The notes: generated by a model from the sequence alone, not told the origin. Shown: positions 1 through 19,009, counted from the stretch's first letter. The stretch: DNA of 64,000 bases from the human T2T-CHM13v2.0 reference genome, Homo sapiens (GCF_009914755.1 NC_060948.1), one strand, 5' to 3'. Program-made: numbers and translations.

Positions 1-693
1 TTTCAAAGGTTGTATAGAAAAATCTGAATGTCAAGGCAGAAGCCTCCTGTAGGGGCAGAGCTCTCACTGAGAACCTATACTACAGCAATATGGAGGGGAA
101 ATGTGGGATTGGAGGCCTCATAATGTCCTCACTGCGGCACTGCCTAGTGGAGCTGTAGGAAGACGGCCACGATCCTCCAGACCCAAGAATGGTAGATCCA
201 TCAATATCTTGCTCCCTGTAAAAGCTGTAGACACTCAACTCCAGCCAGTGACCAGCAGCCTTGAGGGCTGCATGCTGCAAAGCCAAAGGGGTGGAGTTGC
301 CCAAGGCCTTAGGATCCCACTTCTTGGACAAGTGTTGTCTGAATATGGGACATGGAATCAAAGGACATTATTTTGTAGCTTTCAAATTTAATGACTGTCC
401 TGTTAGGTGTCAGATTGTGTGGGGCCTGCAGCCAATATCTGTTGGCTGATTTCTCCCTTATGGAACGGGAATATTTACCCAATGCTTATTCCTCCATTGT
501 ATCCTAGAAGTAAATAACTTGTTTTTGATTGTGCACGCTCACAGGTAGAAAGGACTTGCCTTGCCTCAGATGGGAGTTTGCACTTTTGAGTTAATATTGG
601 AATGAGTTAAGATTTGTGGGGGTTATTGGGAAGGCGTGATTGTATTTTGCAAAGTGAGAAGGACAGAAGATTCAGGAAGGGCCAGGGACAGGA
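1..693 (+). mobile_element. MaLR (MST/THE1-type) internal sequence, 3' part
   Basis: Typical MaLR-int phrases (GGCACTGCCTAGTGGAGCTGT, CTCCAGACCCAAGAATGGTAGATCC) running into an MST LTR start at 694. Confidence 0.8.
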
Positions 694-833
694 TGATATA
701 GTTTGTGCATTTGCTCCCATCCAAACCTCATGTTGAATTGTAATCTTCAGTGCCGGAGGTGAAGCCTGGTGGTGGGCGTATGGATCATGGTGGCAAATCC
801 CTCATGAATGGTTTGGGACATCCCCTTAGTGGT

Positions 834-1249
834 TGTTGGGAGAAAAGCTGAGTGTTGGGAGACAAGCCATGGCTGGGCTTGGAACATGTCTGGGGTCCAG
901 GGTTCTAAAACTCTAGTGGCCTTTGGAATGTGTCCAGACTAGCTGGATCCTTGTTTCCAGCACTCCCATTATCTCAAGAAGCCATCTGTTTCAAAGAAAA
1001 TGCTAAACCGTCACAGCTGTAGTTCGTTCACTTGACACATCACTTCCTTTCAACTCCCACATTCTCACCAACTGTTTCTTTGTTTGATCACCAATAAATA
1101 GTGTGGAATCCCAGAGCTCAGGGTCTTCGCATCCTCCATACTAGCTTTGGCTCCCTGGTCCAACTTTCTGTCTTGTCTTTTCTCATTCCTTTGACTCCAC
1201 TGGACTTTGTCGCCCCCATGGCCTGGTGTTGGGTCCAATCTCCCGAACA
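834..1249 (+). repeat. 5' LTR of the HERV-K provirus
   Basis: TGTTGGGAGAAAAGCTGAG...CCCGAACA, contains AATAAA, homologous to 5203-5613. Confidence 0.9.
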
Positions 1250-1253
1250 TTCC

Positions 1254-1271
1254 TGGCACCCAACTTGGGGT
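1254..1271 (+). other. Primer binding site, tRNA-Lys type
   Basis: TGGCACCCAACTTGGGGT, 15/18 to TGGCGCCCAACGTGGGGC, 4 nt after the LTR. Confidence 0.85.
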
Positions 1272-1397
1272 GATGAAGACCCTGGTGAAGGAACGCTAGA
1301 GTGTGTAAAAGCAGAGGGCACATCATTAGAGGACACCTGAGGACGACTGAAAGAAGTTCAGCATGTAAGCTGGGTGCTTGGAAGAACCAGGGTAACA

Positions 1398-2778
1398 ATG
1401 TGACAAGGTGAAAGCAAACATTCTGCTTATTTGAATTTCTTAAGGCATTTATTATGAAGAGGGGGAGTGAAATTTAGTACTCAGAATTTATCGCTCTTTA
1501 GTACAGAAAAACAGTTTTGCTCATGGTTTCTGGAACAAGAGACTGTGGAGTTAGATGAATAGGAGAGAACTGGAAGATATTTTAAAAAGGCGTATAAAGA
1601 TGGAGCAAAAATTCCAGTTGCCATTTGGCCAATATGAGCGCTAATAAAGTCAGCTCTTGAGCAATTTCAAACAGATGATGAGGCAGATTCAGATGGGGAA
1701 GAGGAAAACAAGTGTAAAAAAACTAACCTCAGATTCTGAGTATAAGGAACAGCTATCAGAGGAGATTAAAGAAAACAAAGGAAAACTAAAAAAGGTATGT
1801 TTTACTAGCCCATCTGCTCCACCTGCTGAATTAAGTGAATGGCCACTTCCTCTCTCTCCCCTTAATGGGAGAGAAAATGAATTAGCTGAAAAACTTACTG
1901 CTCCTGTAGTTGCAACATTAACACCTGCAGCAATTGGTGGTGCTATAAAAACTCTATTCAAAAAGCTAGAGCTGAGGGAGACCTTGAAGCATGGCATTTT
2001 CCAGTAACCCAGTAAGTTGGACAGAATATAGCAAATTGAGCAGCTTTTCCTTTTAAGTTATTAAAAGAATTTAAACAAACCATTAGTTAATATGACTGAA
2101 CTCTCCTTTCGTGCAAATTTGTCGAGAAATGTGGCTCTTGATAATAGGTTAATACCTCATGATTGGGATACTTTAACAAAACCTGTTCTCACTCCATCTC
2201 AGTATTTACAGTTTAAAACTTGGTGGGCTGATGAAGGTCAAACTTGGCAAGGGAAAAAACACAAGCGCAGCCACCTGAGCCTGTTTCCTTTGAATGGTTA
2301 ATGGGAGTTGGCCTAAAATGGGGTTGATTAGAGAATCAAGCAGTAATGGAGGATGTTGCCATTGTTCACATGCACTCTGTGTGCTTACAGATATGGGAAA
2401 GGATAAATATTATAGGGGAAAAATATCCTTTCAGTTCTGCTTGTCAAGGACCTAAAGAACCATATATTGATTTTATTGCTCAGCTCCAAGAGGTTGTGTA
2501 TAAATCCATAACTGATAAAACAGCTCAGGATGTTATAATACACCCTCTTGTATATGATAATGCTAATACAGAATGTCAAACTGCTATTAGACACCTGAGA
2601 GGGAAGTCTCATTAAGCTGAATATATGAAGGCTTGCTATGGCATTGGAGGTAACTTACATAAGGCTACTCTTTTAGTTCAGGCTATGGCTGGATTGAAAG
2701 TAGGAAAGAATATGCCCCATTTCTCAGGCTCTTCCTTTAATTGTGCGCAATTTGGACACAAGGAATGTAGAAAAGGAA
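1398..2778 (+). pseudogene. gag: HERV-K gag remnant
   Basis: ATG followed directly by TGA at 1398; capsid segments LIPHDWDTL and QGPKEPYIDFIAQLQ (major homology region); degenerate zinc knuckle near 2735-2770; many stops and frameshifts. Confidence 0.85.
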
Positions 2779-3940
2779 ATGCTATTTAGTAATGGAAAGG
2801 CCTCATTTGCAGGACTTCAACAGCAAGTTTTTCAAACCACTTTTGCTTCCGCTCAAAGGGCTGAACTTACAGCTGTGACAACAGTGTTAAAATCTTTTAA
2901 ACAGCCAGTAAACATTGTTTCTGATTCAGCCTATGTAGTGCAAGCCACACAAAATATTCAATGTGCCTTAATTCAAAATGTGGCTGATGAACAACATAAT
3001 TTCATTCTTTACAGCAAGCAGTAAAACAGTCATTCCCCTTTCTATATCACTCATGTGAGAGCGCATACTTACCTCCCTGGCCCTTTAACTAAACTTAATC
3101 AAAGGACAGACTCATTGGTGTCTGTGGTCTTTTTTGACGCACAAACATTCCATTCTTTAATCTATCTTAATGCTGTAGGCCTTAGAAAAATATATGGTCT
3201 ATCATGGAAACAAGCTAAAGAAATAGTGCAACACTGTTCTGCCTGACAAGGCCTGCATCTGCCACATCAAGGAACAGGAGTTAACCCTAGAGGATTATCT
3301 CCAAATTCCATCTGGCAGATGGATGTAACACATATTCCTGTTTTGGAAAATTGTCCATTGTTCATGTGTCAGTAGATATCTATTCACATTTTATCTGGGC
3401 CTCAGGTTAAACAGGGGAAGCTACAGCTCATGTTAAAATATATCTTTTATCTTGCTTTTCAGTTATGGGAATCCCAGAAAAAATTAAAACTAATAATGGC
3501 TAAAGATACTGTAGTAAAGCCATGGCTACATTTTTTCAACACCAGAATATTACCCATACTATCGGTATTCCACATAACTCTCAAGGACAGGCAATAGTGG
3601 AAAGAGCTAATAGTACTCTAAAAACTCAAATACAAAAGCAAAAGGGAGGGGACCAGGAATATAAGACACCACACATGCAATTCCATTTCACTTTATTAAC
3701 ATTCAATTTTTTTAATTTACAAAAGATCAGCAGATGACTGCAGCTGAACAATACCTGACAGGGCAAAGGAAAATAAAAAGGCTGGACAAGGTATATGGTG
3801 GAGAGATTCCCATATAAAGAGCTGGGAAGATAGGAAGATAATTATATCGGAAAGAGGATTTGCTTGTGTCTCTCCAGGTGACAACCAGGTGCCTGTGTGG
3901 GTGCCCACAAAACATCTGAAAATCTATCAAGAACCATAGC
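2779..3940 (+). pseudogene. pol: HERV-K pol remnant (RNase H and integrase only)
   Basis: SAQRAEL and NIVSDSAYVV (RNase H); [16 protein letters not shown] and RGFACVSPG...WVP (integrase). Confidence 0.9.
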
Positions 3941-3943
3941 ATC

Positions 3944-4236
3944 ACTGGGTGTGGTGGCTCACACCTGTAATCCCAGCACTTTGGGAGGCCGAGACGGGCA
4001 GATCATGAGGTCAGGAGATTGAAACCATCCTGGCTAACATGGTGAAACCCCACCTCTACTAAAAATACAAAAAATTAGGTGGGTGTGGTTGTGGGCACCT
4101 GTAGTCCCAGCTACTTGGGAGGCTGAGGCAGGAGAATGGCGTGATCCGGGAGGCGGAGGTTGCAGTGAGCTGAGATCGTGCCACTGCACTCCAGCCTGGG
4201 CGACAGAGCAAGACTCCATCTAAAAAAAAAAAAAAA
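3944..4236 (+). mobile_element. Alu (AluY/AluSc8-like) inside the provirus
   Basis: Dimeric Alu with poly(A); TSD AAGAACCATA(G/A)CATC at 3929-3943 and 4237-4251. Confidence 0.95.
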
Positions 4237-5202
4237 AAGAACCATAACATCTAGTGGATCCAGCTGTACATTGCAAACTGAAGGTTTAAGGATTCCTTTT
4301 TTGCTATACTCTTGCACAAGAAGGATAAACCTCGATTTGCTTTCTGTATGCCTTCTGTTAATCAGAAAAAACCTGCTTCTGGTTATCAATGGTAAGTTTT
4401 GCCCCATGATAATTAACCAAAGAGTCAGAAGCTGAGTTACAAATGCTTCAGCAATAGCATGCCTCTTGGCTACAGAAAAAAAAAGAAAAAGAAAAAAGAA
4501 AAAAAAAAAGCCTTTTCTTCTCTTTCAGTAGATTTAGTAATGTGGGGGTTAGGGTATGTTTGTGTGTTTGCAGGAGATGAACAAACCATGTGGGTGCCCT
4601 CAAGATGTGTATGACCATGGAATGGGATACTGGAGGGACCCACGGATCCCAACCATGGACTGGGTTCCCCCAGTATGAGCCATGAACCAGTTGAATCTCA
4701 GTCATGCTGACATCAAACCCCATAACATGGGGACAGATCAAGAAAACCACACAGAAAGCTGGGAAACTGCTGGAGCACTAGGGTTTTACCTTTTACTGGG
4801 ATTCAGAGGTACAACAGATGCTTAATGGATCAATGCTTTCTGACTGAACTCCTCTCTACCATGAATACAAGAGGCACTAATAGGTAGGCAGGAATATCAT
4901 CACCCCAATTCAGCATGAAGAAGTTACAGAAGATGGACATTCATCCTTCTGCCACCCTTAGAACTAAGGGTCCTCTTGTAAAAGAGAAAGGAGAAATATG
5001 TAAGAGGCATTCAAATCATCAATCCTCTGAAATGGATTAAGATCACTGGAAGATCTACACTTAGGGATTTTGTTCTAATAATTTTGTGCTTGTCCTATCT
5101 CGTTTTAGTCTGAAGTTGCAGAAGCTGCCACTGGAGAGTAAGCTTCCATTGAGTACAAGCAATGATAGCTGTGGAGGTTTCACCAAAAAGAAAAGGGGGG
5201 CA

Positions 5203-5613
5203 TTTGGGAGAAAAGCTGAATGTTGGGAGAGAAGCCAAGGCTGGGCTTGGAACATGTCCAGGGTCCAGGTTGTAAAACCCTTGTGGACTTTGTAATGTTT
5301 CCAGTCTTGCAGGCTCCTTCCTTCTAGTTCTCCCATTATCTCAAGTAGCCATATGTTTCAAAGAAAATGCTAAACCATCACAGCTATAGTTCATTCACTT
5401 GATACACTGCTTCCTTTCAATCTCCACATCCTCACCACCTGTTTCTTTCTTTGACCATCAATAAATAGCATGGCCCCCAGAGGTCTGGGCCTTTGCAGCC
5501 TCCATACTAACATTGGACCCCTGGTCCCACTCTCTCTTGTCTTTTCTTGTTCCTTTAACTCCACCAGACTTTGTCGCCCCCACAGCCTGGTGTTGGGTCT
5601 GATCACCCTAACA
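5203..5613 (+). repeat. 3' LTR of the HERV-K provirus
   Basis: Follows the purine tract; TTTGGGAGAAAAGCTGAA...CCCTAACA. Confidence 0.9.
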
Positions 5614-5691
5614 GTGGTAAGTAAGTTACCTCTTTCTCTGAATTCACACAAGCTCTGTTCATTTAAAAGTGTGTGGCACCTTCCCCTGCTT

Positions 5692-5913
5692 GTTTCACTG
5701 CTTGCTGTAAATAATGAAATAAAAGATTACATTGTTCATCCATCATATTTTGAATTAAGTTACATTCAATATTTTGCATGGCTTTCACTATATTGAATCA
5801 GAAACAATATTTACTGGCTGTTTAAAAGATTTTAACAGTGTTATCACAGCCATAAGTTCAGCCCTTTGAGCAGAAGCAAAGTCAGTTTGAAAAACTTGCT
5901 ATTGAGGTCCTGC
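5692..5913 (-). other. Inverted copy of the HERV-K RNase H segment (homologous to 2809-3028)
   Basis: 5810-5837 is the exact reverse complement of 2885-2912; homology continues on both sides. Confidence 0.9.
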
Positions 5914-7056
5914 TTTGACCATGTGATTTGGCTGCTCCTGCTTTGCCTTCTGCCATGATTGTAAGCTCCTAGGCTTCCCCCAAATCTGATGGTTCTTCAC
6001 TTTCTATACAGCCTGCATAACTGTGAACCATTTAAACCAATTTTCATACAAATTACCCAGACTCAGGAATTTCTATATAGCAATACAATATGTCCTAACA
6101 CAATCAGGAAATTTTAACATAGTCTGGAGAATTGTCACACCTATGTGAGTCAGGATGCTGACATATTTGTGTTTTACCCTTTGTTCTATTCTCAAGGCCT
6201 GCCATTACCAGATCTAATTCATGAATATATTTTCTTATCCCAGTGTGTAGCAGAAAGACACTGTGATTTCTAGAAAACACTCCAAAACTACATAACAGAG
6301 AGGCTGAGTATGAACAAATCAGAGGTAAGTATGTCACAGGAATAGGCAAAAAAAGTGTTGTCAAAGTCTAAAAATAAAAAACATGTTCCTCTCTTTTAGG
6401 TTTTCTGTAATCTCCATCCAGCTTACTGTCCATGAATAAATACCTGTCTATATACTAGGAGAAGATCCAAACCTACCTGGTTCAAAATTTAACAGTATGG
6501 TTTGCTTGTTTTGGTTGATAAGTGCTGTACTACACTCCTCTGACTGGCTCACTGCTCTTTGCTGCTATATGTCTTATTTCATTTATGCTGTGGATATTGA
6601 AGAACAAAATTGTAATGGTATGAACTAGAATCCAAAAGGACTTAAAATTGACTTTCCCTCTTAAATTAAAATTCAGTCCAGGTTTCCAATGACTGAACAC
6701 AGAGCCCCCTCTGAGACAAATATTCAATAAGTTGGGAACATCCTGGGTTGCACAAGTAAACAAGACATATAACACCGATTAGAACCACAGATGAAAACCC
6801 TTGATAAGCCAGATATCAATCTTGGGTATGCCAAAATTACACATACTCAGAATACAATCCATTTAATTACACAAATGTTGACTGGTACCTACGTAGTGTT
6901 AGACACCAAGAAAAATGTGACAGCAGATACTGAAACAGTAATTACAAGGTTAAATAAATCAGTAGTCAGAAATGATAAGTTCATTAATATATTTTGGAAC
7001 AAATACTAACAAAGAGAAACCTTGCAAAAACATTGATTAAGAATACATCACAATGT

Positions 7057-12811
<5,755 letters not shown>

Positions 12812-13649
12812 AAGAATACATCACTATGTAAATCAGAATCTTTTTCTCACCTGAAGACCTATGCATATGTCACCTTCAGCTAACTAATGTTAATGACCTG
12901 TTAGCTAAGAAATGTCCTCTCAGACCCGAAAACAGAAGTTGGGTAGAAGCTATGTTACAAGCCAAGCACAAATTCCAGCAGTATGAGGAGAGAGAAGACA
13001 CGGTGATGACAACATCAAATGATGAGAGGAGCAATGATCTCGTCATTTCCCTGCAACAAATGTTACAAGTTTTTAACACACTGTGAGCACTACCATACTT
13101 TTCCCTATAACCACAAACATACTTTGTGCTTTATATATACAAGATAGAAACTTCCATAGCACTGTGCTGTCACTGGTTCACCTTTACAAATGAGCCTGCA
13201 TGTAAATGCTAGTGCTTTCTTGTGTTTAGGAATGTAAAGGACTGAAATGAATAATTAAGCATAAAATTAAGGGTCTCAGTAATATTACCTCAAATGAGAA
13301 GCATGCTGTAGTGGGCTTAGAAAAAAAGTATTTAAGTATTTGACATATTGCTTCTTGTGGCTGTAAGCTATCATTTTTTACACAAAGAGAAAAAAATAAA
13401 AATTTAAAAATGATTGCTTAAAATAGATCAGTAATGATAATTTAATTGAGTGAACATCTGCAAAGTAAAACTCTTGATTAGCATGTGACATAACTCACAG
13501 GCATTAGCAGTTCTATTTAATAGGTTTGGGAATTGGTCTAAGGATTTTTTCTGATAACCCCTATTTAAATTAAAAAGTCACTCAAAAATGTATTGGTTCA
13601 AAAAGTCTTACTAGTCACACCAACCTGCATGGAGATATATGTCTGTATC

Positions 13650-14950
13650 AGGGAAAAATTTTGATCCCTGGGATCATAAACTTCTATAAGAAAACAGGAG
13701 TTTTATTCATAGAACACAAAAAATGAGGGCCATGTGAGAACATGTGGAAAAAGGGTCTTTCTCCAAAATTAAAAGACACATACACATACACATAAAAAAG
13801 CAAAAGGCAACTACAGATTGAAGGAAAATATTTAAAATACATACATACACACAGGCACACAGACACCAAAAGGACTTGTATGCAGAATATGTAAGGAACT
13901 GAAATTTACAACTCAGTGATGACACAATCTGCAGGAGAGAGAATAATCGTCTCCCAAATATGTCTCAGTCCTAATTCCCAGAACCTGTGTACGTTAAACT
14001 CCTTGGCAATAGTAAATTTGTAAAAGTAATTAAGAATCTTGAGATGCGGAAGTGATCCTAGATTAATTATCCAGGTAGACTCAATATAATCACAAGGTCC
14101 TTATAAGAGGCGGCCAGTAGGGTGAGAGAGAAGAAGGTGGGAAGAGTGGTCAGAGCCTATGAATGGCAGCCACTTAGGAGATGGGAGTAAGGAAACAGCC
14201 AATCCCCCAAAACTTCTGGAAAGGAATGCAGTCCTGCCAACACCTTGATTTTTAGCAACTTAGACAATTCTGGCCAGAATTGTAAGACAACAATAGATTT
14301 GTATTGTTTTAAGCCACTATTTTTGACAACTGGTTACAGCACTAATAAGAAGCTAAAATAGCAAAAACTCTTTGGGAAGTTTCTTTAATAGTTATCTATA
14401 ACTTTACCATACCATGCCCAGGAGGGAATCAGTCCAGTGCTGCATGTTTACCCAATAAAGAAAAGCGTATGTTTACACAAAGACTTACCAGATATTCATG
14501 ACAATTTTATCTGTAATAGCTAAAAGTTGGAAAGAAGCCAAGACTGTCAATAAGTCAATGGACGTTCATCCTATGATGCAGCCACACAACAGAATAAAAG
14601 ACATAAAAACTATTGGTACAAACAATGATATAAATGAGTTCCCAAATTGTGCTGAGAGAAGCCAGATTAAAAAAAAAAGAAGAAGACATACTGTATGGTT
14701 CTATATAAAATTCTAGGAAATCTGTAATTGCAGAAGCAGAGCAATGGTTCCCTTGGCATGGGGGCAGAGAGAGGCAGGGATTGTAGAGGGCATGAGAAAC
14801 TTCTGGGGGTTGTGGAAATATTTATCATCTGGGTGTGTGAATTGTGTCACGGGTAACTGCATGCCAAAACTGGATGCCAAAACTTTTCACATGGTACACT
14901 TCAAACTTGCAGTTTATTGTACTCCAATTAAACCTCCATAAAGTTGTTTT
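13650..14950 (+). mobile_element. Old L1M 3' fragments interrupted by an MLT1 LTR (~13930-14360)
   Basis: Degenerate L1 3' phrases; MLT1-like TCCTAATTCCCAGAACCTGTG...TTTAAGCCACT. Confidence 0.6.
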
Positions 14951-15674
14951 AAAAAGAAAACCTTACTAGGTTGGGAAAAAAATGAACAGTTACATTACTA
15001 ATACAAATAGCCTTGAATGACAAAAAATACCCAGAGGCAATCACAACGCTAGTAAATGACCCCTGGAATCCAATGTGAGGAAGTCTTCCTGGGACTTCTC
15101 AACCTCCCTTCAGAAAACAACACTCTGCTGAGCCTTCTTAGGGAAGAGGGGACGCCCATGTTTTGGGACTCTTGTCCCCAGCGCCATCCTTTGTGGTGCA
15201 CATATAAGTAGACATGGTATGGTGCCATTCCTTCCATGGGGCTTCAGGGTGCTTTCCCTCCATGCCCAGTCACTGTTGGCTAACAGCAGGTCCCACTCCT
15301 TTAACTCTAATTATGGTGGAGGTAGGATTGAAGGGATAATTTAAGAGCAAGTTACCCTAGTTGACAGAGGGTGACAGCCTGTCCCAAACACAGAGAACAA
15401 GAAGGATCTCAGAGAGAAAAGACCCACAGGTAGGTGGCCAACAGGTATAGGCATATGGGGAGGGGCCTGTGGTCAGTGTGAGGGCTTTCTAACTAGCATG
15501 CAGTATGCCAGGGCACCTTGCAACCATAAGAAGGTTGAATCCCTAGCTTGGGAGAAAAAATAACTATTAATTTGAATTTATAAATTCACAAGAGCTGCCA
15601 GATCTTTTAAGTTAAGCTATCCACCAGAGTGAGTCTTAAATCCTGTAGGTAATGTTGTTAAAAAATAACTTAGC

Positions 15675-15964
15675 TTGGGGCTGTGGCTCATGACTACAAT
15701 CCAAGGCACTTGGGAAACTGTGGCAGGAGGATCATTTGAGACCAGTAGTTTGAGACTAGCCTGGACAATATAGAGATACCCTGTCTCTACAAAAAAAAAT
15801 TAAAAGTTAGCTGAGTGTAGTGGCATACACCTCTGGTCCCAGCTATTTCGGAGGCTGAGGTGAGATAATCACTTGAGCCCATGAGTCAGAGGTTACAGTC
15901 AGCCTAGGTTGTGCCACTGCACTGCACTCTAGCCTGTGCAACAGAGTAAGACTGTCTCCAAAAA
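15675..15964 (+). mobile_element. AluJ-like element
   Basis: Diverged dimeric Alu with A-rich linker. Confidence 0.9.
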
Positions 15965-16068
15965 CATATATATATATATATGTGTATATATGTATATATA
16001 TATATATATATATATGTGTATATATATATATATATGTGTGTATATATATATATGTGTATATATATATA

Positions 16069-16110
<42 letters not shown>
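15965..16110. repeat. Compound (TA)n/(TG)n microsatellite at the Alu tail
   Basis: Directly visible. Confidence 0.97.
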
Positions 16111-16112
<2 letters not shown>

Positions 16113-16979
16113 GATATATGCATTTGCACAAAAACCGGATAATCATAATAAAGAGGAGAAAACCCAGGATGATACTAAATAATATTGCTATGTATATGCA
16201 TATTTCTCTCCCTTTTTTAAAAGCATATGTTTGGCAGTACGTGACATGTGCAAAAAGAACTTTTAAATTATTTTTTTCTGGTCACAGAGATGAACTGGCT
16301 CTCCCTTCCTGTGCACCTCCTTTCCTTCTCACTATTCCTACATGGATTTTTTTCAAAGCAGAATCTCAGACCATGCAGATGCTTATAAAAGAATGCTTTC
16401 CTGTTTCCTTTAAGAAGGCACAAATATGTGATCAAATAACAGATTGATTTGCTTTGTAACCACCCCTTGCCCCTGTTTTGAATCCAGATTCCCCCATCAA
16501 GAGTTACTCTGTTGAAGTTTTTCTCCAGGGCAAAGAGCTGTCCCAGGCGATTGCTGAGAGTTAGGGATGATTTATAAAGACTTTGCACACATAGCCTGCT
16601 CAGATTCAGATTCTCATCAATGAACTACATGAAACTTTCTCTGAGCAGACTTTCTCCCCAGGTCAAACTCACTTGAGATTATTACTAGAGTTACTTTAAG
16701 AGTTTGTATATATTTCCATTCTCAATCAACATACTTTCAATATTTGAATAAAGATTAATGAACAAAAAAAGTTCTAACGAAGTATTTACAACACAAATTG
16801 TTATGAAGTTTTACTTTATTTTTTGGTTCTGGAAAATATCAAGCCAGGATTGGAAAACTTAAAAATGAAACATTCTTTATCCAGGATTTTTGGGGGGCTC
16901 ATTATCCAATACCCTATTTAAAAACATATCTGGGGATCTTTCTAAAATATGCTAAGTTACTTTAAAGAGAGAAAAAGGA

Positions 16980-18460
16980 CAAGGATGCTGTAATATTTAT
17001 TTTTTATACTTGAAAGCAATGGCTCACAATTCAGCTTTGGTTTTGTCCTTTGGGAAAAAATAAAGACAGTATAATTGTATGTTTTGTTTGTAAATCAAAT
17101 TTTGAACCAAGTGAAATTATAAGTGTTGATGGGAAAACAACATATAAACATGTAATATGTATGACAACAGCAACAGAAAGAGAATTGGAAATGGAACTAT
17201 ATAGGAGCAAAGATTTGTGAGGTACTTAAAATAAGTGGTTAAGAAGTTTATCATAATCCACAGAGCAATCACTAAGAAACAGAGTAAAATGAAGGACAGA
17301 ATAATTAAAATGACACACTAGAAAATATCTAAAGTTAAAAAAGGCAGTAATGAAGAAATAAGGTAACAAGAAAACTTAAGACAGAAAACAACAGCATGCC
17401 ACACCTAAATCCTGTCTTACCAATAATCACACTATATGTAAATAGATTAGAAATTCCAATTAGAGTTTGCACCACTGCACTCTAGCCTTGGCGACAGAGC
17501 AAGACTCCATCTCAAAAAAAAAAAAGAAAACAACAACAAAAAGAAACAAACAAACAAAAAACCCTCCAATTAAAAGGTAGAGATTGGAAAAATGGAAGTA
17601 CCAAAAAAAAGGGACATGATCTAACTATATGATATCCACAACAGAGATACAACTTAGAACAAATGGTGCAAAAGCTTGGAAGTAAAATGATGAAAAGATA
17701 TTCCATGCAAACAATAGCTCAAAGACAGCTGGAGAAGTAACATCAGACAATGCAGACTTAGGACAAACAATTTTACTAAAAAAAAAAAAAATACAACACA
17801 GTTTTAATAGAAACATTTTACAGTAATAAAAAGGTCACTCTATCAAGAAGATGCAACAATTATAAACATAAATGAACGTAACCACAGAGCCCCAAAATAT
17901 AAACAGTAAAAACTGTTATAACTGAAAGGGGACATAGCTGAGTGAACAACAGTAGCTGGCGACTTCAATGCTATACTTTTTGATAAATGGACAGAACAAC
18001 TAGACAGAAGATTAATAAAGAAATATAACACTTGATTTAATCCATTTACACACCGTAAACCAGTAAAACTTGACAGACATCTGTAGAAAATTGACCCAAT
18101 AATAAGAGAATATATATTATTTGTAAGTGCATGTGGAAAATTCTCCAGAACAGGCCATATGCTGGGTCATAAGTCAAGTCTCAATAAGCTTTCAAAGAAA
18201 TGAAATTATACCGGTATTTCCCCAATCAACAATGAAATGAAATTAGAAATCCGTAACAGAAGAAAACTTCAGAAATTCACAAATGATGTGGAAATTAAAC
18301 AATACACTCCTAAAAATTTATAGATCAAAAATGAAATAATGAGGGAAATTTAACAAGATACTTTGAGAAGAATGGAAATGAAATCACAATGTTCCAAATC
18401 TTATAGGATGCAGCAGACGCAATGCTTGGAGGGAAATTATGGCTACAAATGCCTCACTAA
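16980..18460 (+). mobile_element. Old L1M inter-ORF/endonuclease fragment with a short 3' Alu stub (~17465-17560)
   Basis: Endonuclease-like phrases (TATGTAAATAGATTA, GGCGACTTCAAT, GTGGAAATTAAACAATACACTCC); Alu 3' end flanked by TCCAATTA repeats. Confidence 0.75.
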
Positions 18461-19009
18461 AAGAGCATGGTCAGAGCGGTGAAACAGTGCTAGCTTTGAA
18501 GATGAGTCAAGAAATGTAGTAGCCTCTAATAGCTGGAAAATGCAGGAAAAGATTCTCCACTAGAGCCTCCAGAAACAAACGCAGCCCTGCTACCACCTGG
18601 TTTTACCAAGAGGTTGGTAAAAACAGGCCTCAGTTTGTTGAAATTTGTTAGAGAAGCAATAGAAATCCAATGCATTAAGAAATTTTGGCTATTTTTTCCC
18701 TCTAATAGGGCTTCTGTACAATGACTTTCAAACATATATAAAAAACATAAAAATAAACTTTTAAACATTTCATTCACAACCTAAAGTCAATGAGAGGTAT
18801 AGGCAGAGTTTACAGAGCTATGTGTGACAATTCAGCTATAAATAGTTGATGTGAGTTGAGACTGGAGAAAGTTCTATGGCAATCCTCTAATTGAACAGCT
18901 CTGGGCAATTTGCTGCCCATCTTCCTGGAGAGGTTTGCCCAGAAACTTGGGAAAACATTGATCTAGATGGCTTGATCCCTTCCCACAATGAAAAATCTTA
19001 AATTCTTGG

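Larger units (their letters stand above)
834..5613 (+). mobile_element. Defective betaretrovirus-like provirus (HERV-K, probably HML-1/HERV-K14 with LTR14-type LTRs)
   Basis: Two homologous LTRs, Lys PBS, gag/RNase H/integrase remnants, polypurine tract at 5185-5200, direct repeat GTGGT at 829-833 and 5614-5618. Confidence 0.88.
694..6102 (+). mobile_element. MSTB-like LTR in three pieces (694-833, ~5614-5690, ~5909-6102), split by a HERV-K provirus and an inverted pol fragment
   Basis: Starts TGATATAGTTTG; text resumes after the provirus; ends ...TATAGCAATACAATATGTCCTAACACA. Confidence 0.75.

Noticed and set aside
15904-16182. Tyr/Ile-rich ORFs
   Set aside because: Translation of a TA/TG microsatellite.
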